From contig JBJCIZ010001671.1 in the NCBI GenBank assembly GCA_051294375.1, positions 22,512 through 86,511 of the forward strand: a stretch of 64,000 nt of DNA. The letters run 5' to 3'. The notes under the pieces are model-generated. The model saw only the letters and a program-made list of their open reading frames with translations, was not told the DNA's origin and made no database searches. This DNA is from Paraspadella gotoi (lineage: Eukaryota; Animalia; Chaetognatha). Each line of letters starts with the position of its first letter. Position 1 is the first letter of the stretch. Made by a program: the position numbers and the translations under genes. Of the stretch, positions 26,096-39,530 are shown piece after piece.

Positions 26096-29000
26096 TTTAG
26101 ATATGGCTTCTCATCTTGAAATAGCTTTGATATTTTCTTATTACATTTGGATTTAAGTATTTTTTGTTTGAATTTCCACTTCATTATGATTTACTGCAAT
26201 ATGCAAATGACATTATAGTACTCATTATAATATCCAAATTAGTATATAGAAATGCTTTAATCTAATTTACATATTGCAGTATATAATATTGAAGTTGAAA
26301 CTCAAAAATTTTTTTAAATCTATAATAAAAATGGGAAATCAAAGGACTTTTTTAATGAGAAACTATATCTTAATTTTAATACAAATAAAAATAAAATCTT
26401 TTACAAGCTATGATTGGAAAAAATTGTAACAATTTCCAATTGTAAACAATTCTAACATTTTTTGCCTTTCTTTTATTGATTCAAATTATATATATATTTT
26501 TTTATTTTTTTGATTTGTTTTTTTTTTGTTTTCCAGTGTTTTAAACGTTAGTGTCTTTTGTTTTTATTGAATTTCTATACAAAGTTTAGTTTAAAAAAAA
26601 AAAAAACATTTTTGATTTTGTCAATACTGTTTTTGGTATTAATAATAAAAAAAAATTTATCATTATGTCATTAAAAAAAAATTATCTTAGTATCTATTGT
26701 TTTTATTGAATTTCAATACGTAGTTTAGTTTTCCAGTCTTTTACACTGTTACTGTTTATGATTATGTTAATACTGTTTTTGGTATTAAAAAAAAAAAAAT
26801 AATTTCTTTATTTAAACGTTAGTGTCTGTTAGTGTTTGTTTCTGTTGAATTTTAATAGTTTAGTTTTTACTTGCTTACTGTTTTCTAGTTTTATACACTG
26901 ATACTGTTTTTTATTTCGTCAATACTGTTTTTGGTATTAAGGCGCTGCCTTTTCTGAATCGTTTAAAAAACGAAGTTTCAGGCTCTTTCTCTCTCTCTCT
27001 CAGTCTCTCTCTGTTCTCTCTCTGTACGACCTCTTGCGTGATCGTTCGTATTTTTTGAAAAATTCTAATTATTTTTTTCTTTCTAAAGAAAAACAATTTT
27101 CATTAGGAGCTGCCTTTTTTGAATCGTTTAAAAACGAGTTCAGGCTCTCTCTCCGTGTGTCTGTATCTCTCTGTACGATCTCTTTAGTGAACGTTCGTTT
27201 TTTGAAAAATTCTGATTATTTTTAGTCGGATCTGCTTTCAGCAGATCCCGACTCTATAATTCACTTTGTCGGTCCTTTTTAATATTTTCGGGCACTCACT
27301 TATATCATGTCAGAACATCGAATTATGATAAATTATGAAAAAAAAAACGATGTCCGTCTGTCCATCCATCCATCCGTCCGTCCATCCCACCTTAGCAAAA
27401 AACACCAATTACTTGTGATTGGATGGATGGATTGAGTAAGGAAGTGTGTGATTGAGCTGTATATGAAGTTTCGATGGAATCGTCCGAGTGGAAATGAGTG
27501 GATGGGGCGATTGACTTGAAATTTTGTATTTAGGTAGAAAAGTGTGTGATTAAACTGGAAATCAAGTTTCGATGGAATCGTTTGAGTGGAAATGAGTTTC
27601 AATGGAAAAAACAAAGAACCTATTTCACTAATTGATTATGCTTCTTTTTCTTTTTATTTTAAATGTAAATGCAAGATGTATTATTTAATCAAATAATTAA
27701 TCAGTTAATTAATCAATTAGTCAATTAATTAATCAATAATTAATCAGTCAATTAATCAAAACAAACATTTTGGATCAAATTAGTTAATTAATTGCCTAAT
27801 TAATTAAATAACTTGAATAAATTAATCATTCATTAATTAAATAATTAACTTGAATTAATTAATAATTAATTAATAATTAATTACCGATAATGATCGTGGG
27901 CAGTTCCGACATTGTTTGCTCAAACTTGTTTTTATTCTAAAAACTTTTATTATCGCCATTTATTCCGCGCTTTTTTCTCAATACAAAATCCCAATATACA
28001 ATAACTTACTTGGCCTAAATTTCGTTGCCGTTGCGGGGCAGCTTCTCTCTCTCTCTCTCTCTCTCTCTTGTTTGATTTGTACACTCTCTGTCTCTCTCTC
28101 TGTAATAGGAATTAACATGATTGTTATCAAAGAAATAAATAATATAATAAGCAAATAGCATATTTAATACAGATTTACATTGCCAGAGGAAGTCTTTTTC
28201 ATACTCTGTCCAACGTTGTTGATCGAAAAAACTTAACTATTTTTTCACAATTTGAATATGCCGGATTATATGCTCTATGCCGATCTTTTTTTTACTGCCT
28301 ATTTTTGCCGGTTTATGGTATAACTACCAAACAATGTATCTAGTTATCAAGTTCCATTAGTGAGGCAGTGAGGAAGTTGAAATGTGTGTCCATTTTCTTT
28401 GTTTCATATCGATTAAAGTATTTTTTGTTTGAATTTCTACTTCATTATAATTTACTGCAATATGTAAATTAGATTATAGTACTTATTGCAATATAGTATA
28501 TAGTAAGCTATATTTTAATTTGCATATTGCAGTAAATCATAATAAAATAGAAATTCAAACAAAAAATACTTGAATCAATATAAAACATGTGATTTTAAAA
28601 GTACTTGATGATGATGATGATGATTTTTATTACAAATAAAAATATACACTTTTACAACTTCCAATTAAAAAAATTGTAACAATTTCTAATTGTAAAAAAT
28701 TGTAACTTTTTTTGTCTTTCTTTTAAAAAAAAAGAAAGACAAAAAAAGTTTTAATTAGCAAACAAAAAAGGCATTAACAATTGTAAGCGGTTGTGACATT
28801 TTTAAAAATTATATATTTTTTTTTGTTAGGCGTTGCCTTTTCTGGTATTAACAAAAAAATTTACGACGAATGATTCATCAATTTTCATATTACATTTGGA
28901 TTCAAGTATTTTTTGTTTGAATTTCTACTTCATTATGATTTACTGCAATATGCAAAATAGATTATAATACTCATTATAATATCCAAATTAGTATATAGAA

Positions 29001-29220
29001 ATACTTTAATCTAATTTACATATTGCAGTAAATAATATTGAATATCAAATTCATAAAAAAATCTTTGAATCTATAATAAACATGTGAAATCAAAAGACCT
29101 TTTTAATGAGAAGCTATATCTTAATTTTAATACAAATAAAAATAAAATATTTTACAAGCTATGATTGGAAAAATTGTAACAATTTCCAATTGTAATTAAT
29201 TGTAACATTTTTTTCCTTTC
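26096..29220. repeat. Three copies of an AT-rich palindromic MITE-like unit (~26096-26320, 28417-28571, 28905-29065)
   Basis: AAGTATTTTTTGTTTGAATTTC...TTACTGCAATATG...CATATTGCAGTA...GAAATTCAAACAAAAAATACTT hairpin; downstream flanks also shared. Confidence 0.7.
27221..27760 (+). mobile_element. Helentron/HINE (DINE-1-like) non-autonomous element
   Basis: T-run, hairpin AGTCGGATCTGC-TTTCA-GCAGATCCCGACT, CTATAATTCACTTTGTCGGTCC, then (GTCC/ATCC)n microsatellite. Inverted copy ends at ~33110. Confidence 0.55.
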
Positions 29221-30279
29221 TTTAAATTATATAAATATTTTTCTTCTTATTTATATCAGTTGCTGCCTTTTCTGAACGAGTTCAGGCTCTGCAGTGCTAT
29301 TTTCCAATCACTTTTGTCAGCCACTTTTGATATGTACTAAAAGCAAAGACTCGGCAGATTCTGAAAATATAGTTGGTTTTAATCTAAATTTGACAGTTCT
29401 CTTGTAATTAAGGCGCAAATTTAAGCCAGAAAAAGCTCAAAAATTATAAAAAATTATGGAGAATATAATTATAAATTTTAATAATTTTTTTCAGTTTTTA
29501 AAGTTTAATATTAAGTATTTTGATTTTATTTCCAGTCAGTACTGCTAAATATTATTCTTTTAATACTTATTCTTCACAAAATTTAGAAATAATTTAGTAA
29601 GTATTTTATCAAAAAACTAATGATCATCTTTATATTTTTATATTATATAATATTATATTATTAATAAAATTTATTAAAATAAAAGGTTTAATAAACAAGT
29701 TTGAGCAAACAATGTCGGATCTGCCTACGATAATTAATAATTAATTAATTAATTTTAAAATGTAATAATTAATTTTAAATTTATATTCAACTTATCATAA
29801 TCGATGTCCTTAAAATTGGGTTAGGACAGTTATTAAATATGTTGTTTACATTTTATCAAAAACAACAAATATCCTCTATTTTTATTTTATGTCTCCTTCT
29901 CTCTCTCTTCTCACTCTCTCTCTTCTCTCTCTTTTTATGCAATTGCGACGATCTTTATGCGTTTAAGATTTTTTAAATTTGCATCATTTTTTCACATTAA
30001 TTAATTAATTAAAACATTTATTAGTAATCATTAATATTAAAGATTCAAGTAAATGTGACTTAGTTTTTTTCCATCTAAATCATTTCTACTGGCACAATTC
30101 CGTCAAAACTTTATATAATTATTATATATTAATAAATATTTAAAAGCTTCAGTGCAACAATCCAATGAACTAATTCAAAAAGTTACATTGAAAATCGATT
30201 TAATAGTAAAAGGAAAAAAAATTTTAAAGAGAACTAGAAGTTATAAAAAGTGTTCATTTTGCGCCGCCTTACTAGATAT

Positions 30280-30817
30280 TAGGCCGGAACAAGTTGAAAA
30301 CTAGAAGTTCTCTCAAATAAATAATGGTTAAGCGACTATTAAATAATATGAAAATGAAAATAATTTTTAATTTTTGCTTATCAATTTTTTTATAGATTCT
30401 GATAAATAAATAATAATAATAATAGTTAGATAAAGGTTATTAATACAACTTTTAAAATTTTTTTGTTTTATTAATGAAAAATTTTTTAAAAAAATTTAGC
30501 CAATAATGATGATGATGATGATTTTTTAAGGTTTTTTTCTATTTTTAACCAATTTATTGTCAAAATTTGAAAAAAATTATAGTACTAACTTTCATTTAAC
30601 TTTTTAAGCTTTACAAGAACCCGTTCTTAAAAAAATCAAATTTTTAAAATTTTTTTTGTCATTTGTTATATATTAATAAATATTTAAAAGCTTCAGTGCA
30701 ACAACCCAATGAACTAATTCAAAAAGTTACATTGAAAATCGATTTAGTAGTAGAAGGAAAAAGAAATTTTTTTGAGAGAACTAGAAGTTATAAAAGTGTT
30801 AATTTTGGCCCGCCTTC
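30280..30817 (+). mobile_element. MITE (TAGGCCGG...CCCGCCTT), with a partial copy just upstream (~30120-30271)
   Basis: Same sequence as 38045-38653; flanked by TAGATAT/AAGATAT (7-bp TSD, one mismatch). Confidence 0.7.
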
Positions 30818-30949
30818 AAGATATATTGCATGTGATTAAACAATGTTATCGGAATATAATTTTATCAATTTTATGTATTTTGTAAGTATTTAAAGTATTT
30901 TTATTCAGTGAGTAAAATAACAACTTTTTTATTCGCTAATTTTTATCTC

Positions 30950-30961
30950 GGACTCTGTCTG

Positions 30962-31002
<41 letters not shown>

Positions 31003-31169
31003 AATTGCAACGATCCTATGCTCATTTTTCTGTCTCTCTCTCTCCCTCTTTCTCTCTTTGCAATTGCGACGATCCTTATGCTCATTTTTCTGCTCTCTCT
31101 CTCTCTCTCCTCTCTCTCTCCTCTCTCTCTTTCTTTGCAATTGCGACGATCCTTATGCTCATTTTTCTG

Positions 31170-31225
<56 letters not shown>

Positions 31226-31250
31226 GCAATTGCGACGATCCTTATGCTTT
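30950..31250. repeat. Tandem repeat of (CT)n plus TTGCAATTGCGACGATCCTTATGC, four units
   Basis: Directly visible; a single unit also occurs at ~29900-29960. Confidence 0.85.
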
Positions 31251-31329
31251 TAGGATTTCTGCCTGCATCATTTTTTCAACCTGCATAATTTTTTTAATTG
31301 CATCATTTCTTCACATTAATTAATTAATT

Positions 31330-33112
31330 AATTAGTTATAACATTTATTAGTAATCATAAATTAGTAATCATAAATAATAAAGATTAAAGTAAATGTGAC
31401 TTATGTTTTTTCCATTTAAACTCATTTCCACTGGCACAATTCCGTCAAAACTTTATATCTAACTTCTTCACACACTTTCCTACCGCCTCACAAAATTTCA
31501 TCTCAATCTATTATGGGTTAAAATAAGTAAAAAGATTGAAGTAAATGTGACTCACATTTTTTTCATTTAAACTCATTTCCTCTAGTACGTTTCCACCGAA
31601 ACTTTATATCAAGCATCGTTACACATTTTTCTACCCACACAAAAAATTTGAACTCAATCTATCCATCCAATTATGATTAATTAGAGTACTTATTAGTTAA
31701 AATAAGTAAAAATATTTTAGTAAATGCGACTTATGTTTTCCACTTAAACTCATTTCCACTCACACGATTCCGTCGAAACTTTATATCCAGCTTTATCACA
31801 CACTTTCCTACCCACACACAAAATTTCATTTCAATCCAACCAGCCAATCACGAGTTATTGGGCTTTTTGCTAAGGTGGGACGGATGGACGGATTGATTGA
31901 CTGATTAATTAATTATTGATTAATTAATTGACTAATTGGTTAATTAACTGATTAATTATTTGATTTATTAATACATCCTGCATATACATTTAATATAAAA
32001 GGAAAAAGAATCATAATCAATTAGTGAAACAGGTTTTTTGTTTTTTTCCATTTAAACTCATTTCCACTCAAAAGATTCCATCGAACACTTTTCTATCACA
32101 TACAAAATTCCAGGTCAATCGATAATTAAGTGGTAATAAGCTAACTTGGTCAACTTGCATAATTTAATCAACTTGCATAATTTTGTCAACTGACATAATT
32201 TGGTCTACTGACATAATTTGGTCAACTGACATAATTTGATCAATTAAGATAATTTGGTCAACCGGCATAATTTGGTCAACTGGCATAATTTTATCAACTG
32301 GCCTAATTTGGTCAACTGGCATAATTTGGTCAACAGGCATAATTTGGTCAACTTTAAGAATTTGGTCAACTGGCATAGAATTTGGTCAATCAATCAATCA
32401 ATTAATCAGAGAGAGAATCTTTAAAAATTTCAAATAAATGTGTCTTTTGGTTTTCTAATTTGAACTCTTTTCCACTTCTACGATTCCATCAAAAAATTTC
32501 TATCCAGCTTTATCACATACTTTCCTACCCACACACAAAATTCAATTTCGATTTATCTATCCAATTTTTAATAAACATGACATAAATATGACTTTTATTT
32601 TTTCCATTTTAACTCATTTTCCACTCGCACGATTCCATCGAAACTTTATATCAGCTCAATCACACACTTTCCTACCGTCATACAAAATTTCAAGTCAATT
32701 GCCCTATCACTCATGAGCAATTGGCGTTCAAATAGTGAAATATATTTTTTTGTTTTTTCCATTTAAACCAATTTCCACTCGCACGATTCCCTCGAAACTT
32801 CATATCCACCTCAATCACACAGTTTCCTACCCACACACAAAATTTCATACCAATCCATCCATCCAATCACGAGTAATTGGAGTTTTTTGCTAAGGTGGGC
32901 CGAACGGACAGTAACAGACAGACTGACAGACAGACAGACAGACAGACAGACGGACGGACGGACATACATCGTTTTTTTTTTGCATAATTAATCATTTTTC
33001 GATGTTCTGACATGATTTAAGTCTGTGCCCGACAATATTGAGGGGGCGGACCGACGGACCGACAAAGTGAGTTATAGAGTCGGGATCTGCTGATAAGCAG
33101 ATCCGACTAAAA
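31330..33112 (-). mobile_element. Helentron/HINE-like element, inverted copy with internal ~150-190 bp subrepeats
   Basis: Reverse complement of the 27221 head at 33058-33112, (GACA/GACG)n tract, and repeated AAACTCATTTCCACT...CGATTCC...AAACTTTATATC units. Confidence 0.55.
32140..32390. repeat. 18-bp minisatellite GGCATAATTTGGTCAACT
   Basis: About 13 tandem units; gives the spurious MPVDQI-repeat ORF. Confidence 0.9.
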
Positions 33113-34253
33113 ATATAAAGTCTACATCGAAAATATATTTCAAAATTAAATCAAGTATAGATTTAATCATTATTTTATTTAAAAAATCCTTTAAATTAAT
33201 TTTACACAAAAGATTACGATCAAAGAAAAACCGCAAAAGTACTCGATCACTTGGAAACTCTGGAGAGTTCCTTTCCGGTCAAGGTTTATCAGTCCCAAAG
33301 TCTTCTACAGACAAAAAAGAACCTAATAAAATGAGTCGTGACTCTTCATCTGGTGTAATTAAAAATTTAGGTAACTCTAAAGTACAGGTTATATAAGTTT
33401 AACTTTAAGTCTACTTCTAAGAACCTAGAAAACCCTAAAACTAAGACTAGGCTTAAGGTTAAAATTTTGATTGAAATGATAATCCTTTTTCTCCTTAATT
33501 AGGTTATAAAACTTAATTTGAAATTTGATTAACCTTTCAAGTTTAGGATTGAAAATTTGAAAATTTGATTAATTTTCATTCTAAGGCTGGTCGTGATGTA
33601 GGTCAGTGGATCCTAGGAGCTTCCCTACAACGCCCTGATTCGAACATAATCGAATGGAGGGGGTGTATCGGCGGTGGCGAGCGTCGCCGTAGGGGCAGAC
33701 GGCTAAACGTCCGACGATAAGGACTGAAAATATCTTGGTTCAAGTTTCCCAAATTCGCAATCGGGAGTCGCGACGACGGATAATTGAAGAAGAGGAAAAA
33801 GGTTGGCCGAGGCAATCTGGGTTATTTTAGATAACATTTGATTTGGAATTTTGTAATTCTTCAGTTGCCTCAAAGATTACGACGTCGAAACGGTTTTAAG
33901 ACCGTTTATTTACCTTTTAACCAAAATTTTATTGTTATTTGGATGTTTTACAAGCAATTTGGAAATGCAAAATAAACAACTTTTGAAACCTCGAACGTCG
34001 CCATTTGTAAAATAAGTCTGAAAGCAGAGGCAACTTAAACAGGGATGCTCTCACGTTATTTATATTACAGAACTCTTAATTTTTACTTTGTTCCGCCTTA
34101 GTATATATAAATATGGCTTACTGCGTAAATTGTAAAATTTAAAATGAATTTTTTTTATAAAGAAATGTTCATAAGTATAATGTTGTTCGTTCCTCACTTT
34201 TAGAATTTTAATTAGAGTGAAATTTATAATTTTTACTATGGTTTACTACTCAC

Positions 34254-34343
34254 ATCAGCTCTAAAGTTTGCCGTCAGTTCATGCTTGAAGTATCGAGTGA
34301 GGTATTTCTTGTAGCACTCCGTCACAGCGTATGGCTTCTTTAC
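34254..34343 (-). CDS. Putative internal host exon (VKKPYAVTECYKKYLTRYFKHELTANFRAD)
   Basis: 90-nt open frame bounded by TTGCAG| and |GTGAGT on the minus strand, in non-repetitive context; product not recognised. Confidence 0.45.
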
Positions 34344-34446
34344 CTGCAAATCATCGTGACTCATTCAGTTATTTAAACTTATGGCCCAAATAATGAAAAA
34401 TATCAGCGAGAATGAAAATATAGTATTCCCCGATCTGTCTTTTCAA

Positions 34447-34757
34447 ACAATTGAAACATTCTTTGAAATATTATACCACTTCATTGATAGGGAAGCCAGG
34501 TACTCTGGGAGTGAATAAACGAGACTGTGAGAGAGTCTTAATTGAAAGCTTGCTGGTGAAGAGACAGTAAGGATTGTTGTGAGTTAGTGACAGAACCGTT
34601 CAATATAAGCAGTCCCTGAGCTTCGGATCAGGCTGTAACACCATGTTACAGGCGGGTTAAGCGCCCCGTCCCTCTTAACTGCTAGGCGGCCACCGAGCTA
34701 GAACCCCAGACCCTTGGGTTGGGAGGCGAATGACTTGCCTCCGGCACCAATGGCCAC
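34447..34757 (-). mobile_element. tRNA-derived SINE-like element
   Basis: Minus-strand head with A-box-like TGGTGCCGGAGG and B-box-like GGTTCTAGCTC. The tail is repeated at 35227-35331 and inverted at ~35717-35764. Confidence 0.55.
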
Positions 34758-37315
34758 TGATGAACGGTTGGTGGATTTTAGTACCTGCTAGTGGTATATA
34801 GTGCCTGAATCTAGATTCAGATTTTCAAAAAACTTTCAAAATATGATCAGAAATGGTTCTGATCATATTTTGAAATTGGAAATTAGATTCACAGCCGGTA
34901 GATCAAGTATGCTTAAAAGGTTAGTAATAAAAATCGAGTGACTCGAATATGCAAATGAGATTAATGCGTCATCGTAAGGTTGAATATAAGGCAAAAGAGA
35001 GCATAAACATTTTAATAATAACTATTTTTTTAAAAAACAATTAATAAATATGTTTTAATTTGTTTTGATAGTTCTGTATAATAAAAAATATTCATAAAAG
35101 CTAATTAATTTAGTTAATCAAATTGGTTAAACAATTATTTCTTTTTTAATTTTAAGAAAATATTTTAAAAAATATATCTTTTTTAATAAGGAATCAATTG
35201 GTGCAAGAAAATTATATTATTACAATACAATTGAAACATTCTTTGAAACATTATACCACCTCATCGATAGGGAAGCCAGGTACTCTGGGAGTGAATAAAA
35301 GAGACTGTGAGAGTCTTGATTGAAAGCTTGCAGGGACCTGCTATGTTATTATCTTAAACCACCAAAGCCTGTCTAAAGTCAGGGGCAAGATAGCCTATTT
35401 ATTAAATCAATGGATAATTTTTATATTTGTTGTACCAATTTCATATTATAAACACTTTTAATAGGGAAAAGTCCTTTACTCTTTTTGACGGAAACTAATT
35501 TCTTCTTTTTCGATTTTTGTACCAATCGACTGTCAACTTATAACTTACGAACATTTTGCTCGATTTTAATGGGACTTGTACCAATCGCTTTATCGTTCAA
35601 TAAGCTTTATTTTATGTATTTATATCCTTATAAAATTCAGCCATCCAATACGGTTTTTTTCGATGTGAAAAAGTGGGTTTTTTTTGCGCCGTAGTGTACA
35701 AGATAATGACAGTTCCTTGCAAGCATTCAATCAAGACTTTCACAAACTCGTTTATTCATTCCCACAATATAATTTTGACATAATTGTATTTGCAAGTACA
35801 AAAAGTATATTTTTTTGCCAAATATTTTGACTTATTTTTTAAGTTATTATTAGTGGTAAAAGATTTAACAAGAATAAAAGTTTTTTCTGGAAACAAATAA
35901 GAAATATAGAGAGAAACTAAGAGAGAGGGAGAGAGAAAGAGAGAGAAAGACACAGATTGAGCCAAAAGTATAATTTTTAGATATCGGCTTTATAATAGTG
36001 TAAAGCAATAAAAATTAGAATTTGATAAAACTGAATCTCACCCATGACAAATGAAAGATTTACCCTTACTTTTTTATTAACCTCCAAGTGGCCCTTAAAT
36101 TAAAAATTTTAAATAATATTAAATTTTTTACTGTCATATTTTATTAGCTCAAATGAAATGATAATGCTCACTCTTTTCCTAATAATGTATAAAAACAAAA
36201 TTAGGTACCTTCTTGTTTACATAAAAGTATTTTTTTTGTTCTAGAAAGAATAAACATTTTTATCTTTTTTGCAGGTAAGCCAAAGACCGCATGTTCCTTT
36301 TTTTCAACTCTGTCGTCTTTTTTAAAGCAAACAAACAAAGATAATAAATATGACAAAGATGGATAGAATCACAAAAACAATCATAAATTCTTTTTACTAT
36401 TACTCTTACTCTGAAGTTAATTGAAAAGAGCGCTGGAAAGGAAAGCATCTGAAGAATCCTTGCTATTAAAGTATTTTGATATGATTCAAGTAAACAGTAC
36501 CAAAATGGTTGTGAGCAAAACAAAAAACTGATTGAACTGTATCTCTCTCTGTCTCAATAGCTTTTTGTTATTGCTTCACTGTCTTACTATCTTTCAAGAT
36601 TTAGTTACAAGAAACCTTTATTGCAATAGTATTTTCATATGCTTTTTACTGCATAATATTATTTTTTTTATCCTATCTTCTGATCAAACTATATATACTT
36701 GCTTTTTAATTTGATTTTATTATATTTATTGAAATTTTTATAAAAGATTAATAAGTTTTTATTAAATTATAATATTACTGTGAAACGTTAATCTCATTTG
36801 CATATTGGAGTAACCCGATTTTTATTACGAACCTTTTGGCTTTGTAGACAAAAAATCGTTCTATCTCAAATCTCTTATTTTGGTACCAAGGTAAAATTCC
36901 CAAGGTTTTGTAAAAATATTCTAACCCGTAGTGGAGGTGGTCGAGATAAAAATGGCGAACAAAATGAGATGAATCGATTTATTGAAATCAGAAAAGCGAA
37001 TGGAATCGAATTGGCTAATTGTACAAAGTGGCATTCATTTTTATACGGCGAGAGAGAGAAAATTTGGTTTACATTTGTAAAGTAAACAATTCTAAAAATA
37101 CTTCCAAATAAGGTAACGTTTTGCGACCGGCGTTTGAACAGAGGGAGCAAAATATTTCTTAGCGGGCATTGGAATTTTTAAAGAATTCGGCCGGCGATTT
37201 TATTTACTTTCTTACTAATAATAATAATCAGGATCTCCACTCCGTCCCATAGGAAGCTTGCCAGACTACTAGTGAATCTGAATTTGTCTTGTTTGAGTCT
37301 GTCTAAGGTAAAGTT

Positions 37316-37371
<56 letters not shown>

Positions 37372-38044
37372 GGAAAGAGTCAGGTCAGTCCCTGTCCGGT
37401 CGATCGGTCAATCGTCGAAACTGACCGTCTCCGTCGGTCTCGGCCTTTTCTCTTCACCCCCGCCTCGGCTCTAGGGCTCCTTAGACCTAAGCAGACCGTC
37501 TTTAAAGGCCGCGCAGGACCGACGGTATCGTACGAATCTAGCCTATCAACCCCTTGTTCTTGTCTTCACGTTTCGGAGATGGAATTTACGATGATCTTCA
37601 TATCTGAGTTCGTTCGATGACGTCCGAGTTCCCGAGGAGCTTTTTGAGGAGTTGGAGATTTTCATTCATTCGTTCATTCATTCATTCTGGGTTATCTTGG
37701 ATGGATAACCTGCCAAGTTTTTTATTCAATCCGAATCTTGAACTGTTAAGTGTTTTCTTGTCAGTTTCTTTTAATCTTATTTTAGGTTTTCTCGGTCTTA
37801 TTTCTATTGTTTGTTTCTTCTTGGTTGTTCTTGTTCGGTCTGTTGTTTTTCTTGTTTTTCTATTTGTTTCTTGTTTCGTTTTTTGTCTTATTGATTTCAT
37901 TAGTTTTTTTTTGTTGTCACGTCAAGTTTTTTTTGTCTCGAGTTATTTTTATACATATTCCTTTATGTAAATGATATTATGTTTCATTCAATCTATGATA
38001 TCATTCTTTCATCGATTTCTTTTTTGTTGACATTCATTACTCAT

Positions 38045-38653
38045 TAGGCCGGAACAGGTTGAAAACTAGAAGTTCTCTCAAATAAATAATGATAAAGTGA
38101 CTGTTAAAGAATATGAAAATAAAAATAATTTTAAAAAATTATCTTATTAATAAGCGCACGGAAGCATTTAAAGATTATTTTATTACTATATATAGTTAAA
38201 ATTTTTTTTTGAATTTTTCAATTTTTTTTAATGGATTCTGATAGAGCTTTAAAGTTAGATAAAGGTTATTAATACAAATTTTAAAAATTTTGTTGTTTAT
38301 TGATAAAAATTTTAAAAAACTAGAAAAATTCAGCCAAATGATGATGATGATGATGATTTTTTTAACGTTTTTTCTGTTTTTAACCAATTTCTTGTCAAGA
38401 TTTTGAAAAATTGTAGTACTAACTTTCATTTAACTTTTCAAGCTCTATAGGAATCCGTTCTTAAAAACTAACTTTTTTAAAAAAATTTTTGTCATTTATT
38501 ATATATTAATAAATATTTAAAAAGCTTCAGTGCAACAACCCAATGAACTAATTCAAAAAGTTGCATTGAAAATCGATTTAGTAATAGAAGGAAAAAGGAA
38601 TTTTTTTGAGAGAATTAAAAGTTATAAAAAGTGTTCAATTTTGGCCCGCCTTA
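38045..38653 (+). mobile_element. 609-bp MITE insertion with 7-bp TSD TACTCAT
   Basis: The empty site CATTACTCATACTG is present in copy B (~51501). TSD at 38038-38044 and 38654-38660; imperfect TIR TAGGCCGG/CCCGCCTTA. Confidence 0.85.
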
Positions 38654-39249
38654 TACTCATACTGCTCCAGAATGGGCGCATCCTCTTCTGGGCCAAGGTT
38701 CGAATTCAAGGGTTTCCTCTCCTGGCTGAGGACCGAGCATTTTTGTCTTCATGTTCTAATTTCTGGATTTTTCTTCTTGTTCTTGTTCTTTATCTTTTGT
38801 CAATTGTTTCTTCGCTCGGTTCCTCGCCGCGGATGGTCACCGTTTCACACATACGTTCCACATTTTCCCGGATATCAAGACTTTGGAAGACGGGCTCTAC
38901 TGGCGCTGCGCTTCCAAACTTTTGGATTTTATTGTTTTCTTTTATTTAGTTTCGTATCTTCGTAATTTCTTTGATGTTGAGTCGTTCAAATAGGCGTTCC
39001 AATGATCTACTGTGCGCGCGCAACCCGTTCTATTTGTTCCCTTGATCTTGATCCGCCACGCCCACATCCAGGCGTGTCGAACTTTGATGGGAAATCTTTC
39101 GTCCAGTTAATAAAGATTGTGCCTCCCCTTGAGCTGGCACTGCCGCGCCCTTGGGTGGCCCACACTTTGCCAGCTCCTCTTTCCACGCTGGCATGGCCGC
39201 GCGCGGAAGGGATGGCTTGCACATTCATTCTTCCATTCTTTGCACGCGA

Positions 39250-39530
39250 GAATTGGCTGGTTGCCGCCGACTTTCCCTTGACGCAATGGTCGGGTTTGTT
39301 GGCGGTTTCCGACGCCGAAATTCTCTGGCTGGTTGCCGTCGGCTTTCCCATGACCCTGAGGTCGGGTTGGCCGGCGGTTTCCGACGCCTCACTCCTCTGG
39401 CTGGTTGCCGTTGGCTTTCCCATTACCCTAAGGTCGGGTTGGCCGGCGGGTTCCGACGCCACATTCCTCTGGCTGGTTGCCGCTGACGTTCCCATGACCC
39501 TGAGGTCGGGTTGGTCGACGGGTTCCAACG
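39250..39530 (-). repeat. 66-bp tandem repeat, frame-preserving (ASEPAGQPDLRVMGKPTATSQR)
   Basis: About four units in ORF 39007-39528; homologous array at ~52130-52410. Confidence 0.85.

Noticed and set aside
30908-31323. ORFs with ER/LS repeats and a CRISPR-like repeat-spacer look
   Set aside because: The spacers are just (CT)n microsatellite; eukaryotic context with no cas genes.
34600-34670. Twin hairpins as a hammerhead or HDV ribozyme
   Set aside because: No CUGANGA/GAAA core or nested pseudoknot could be identified.
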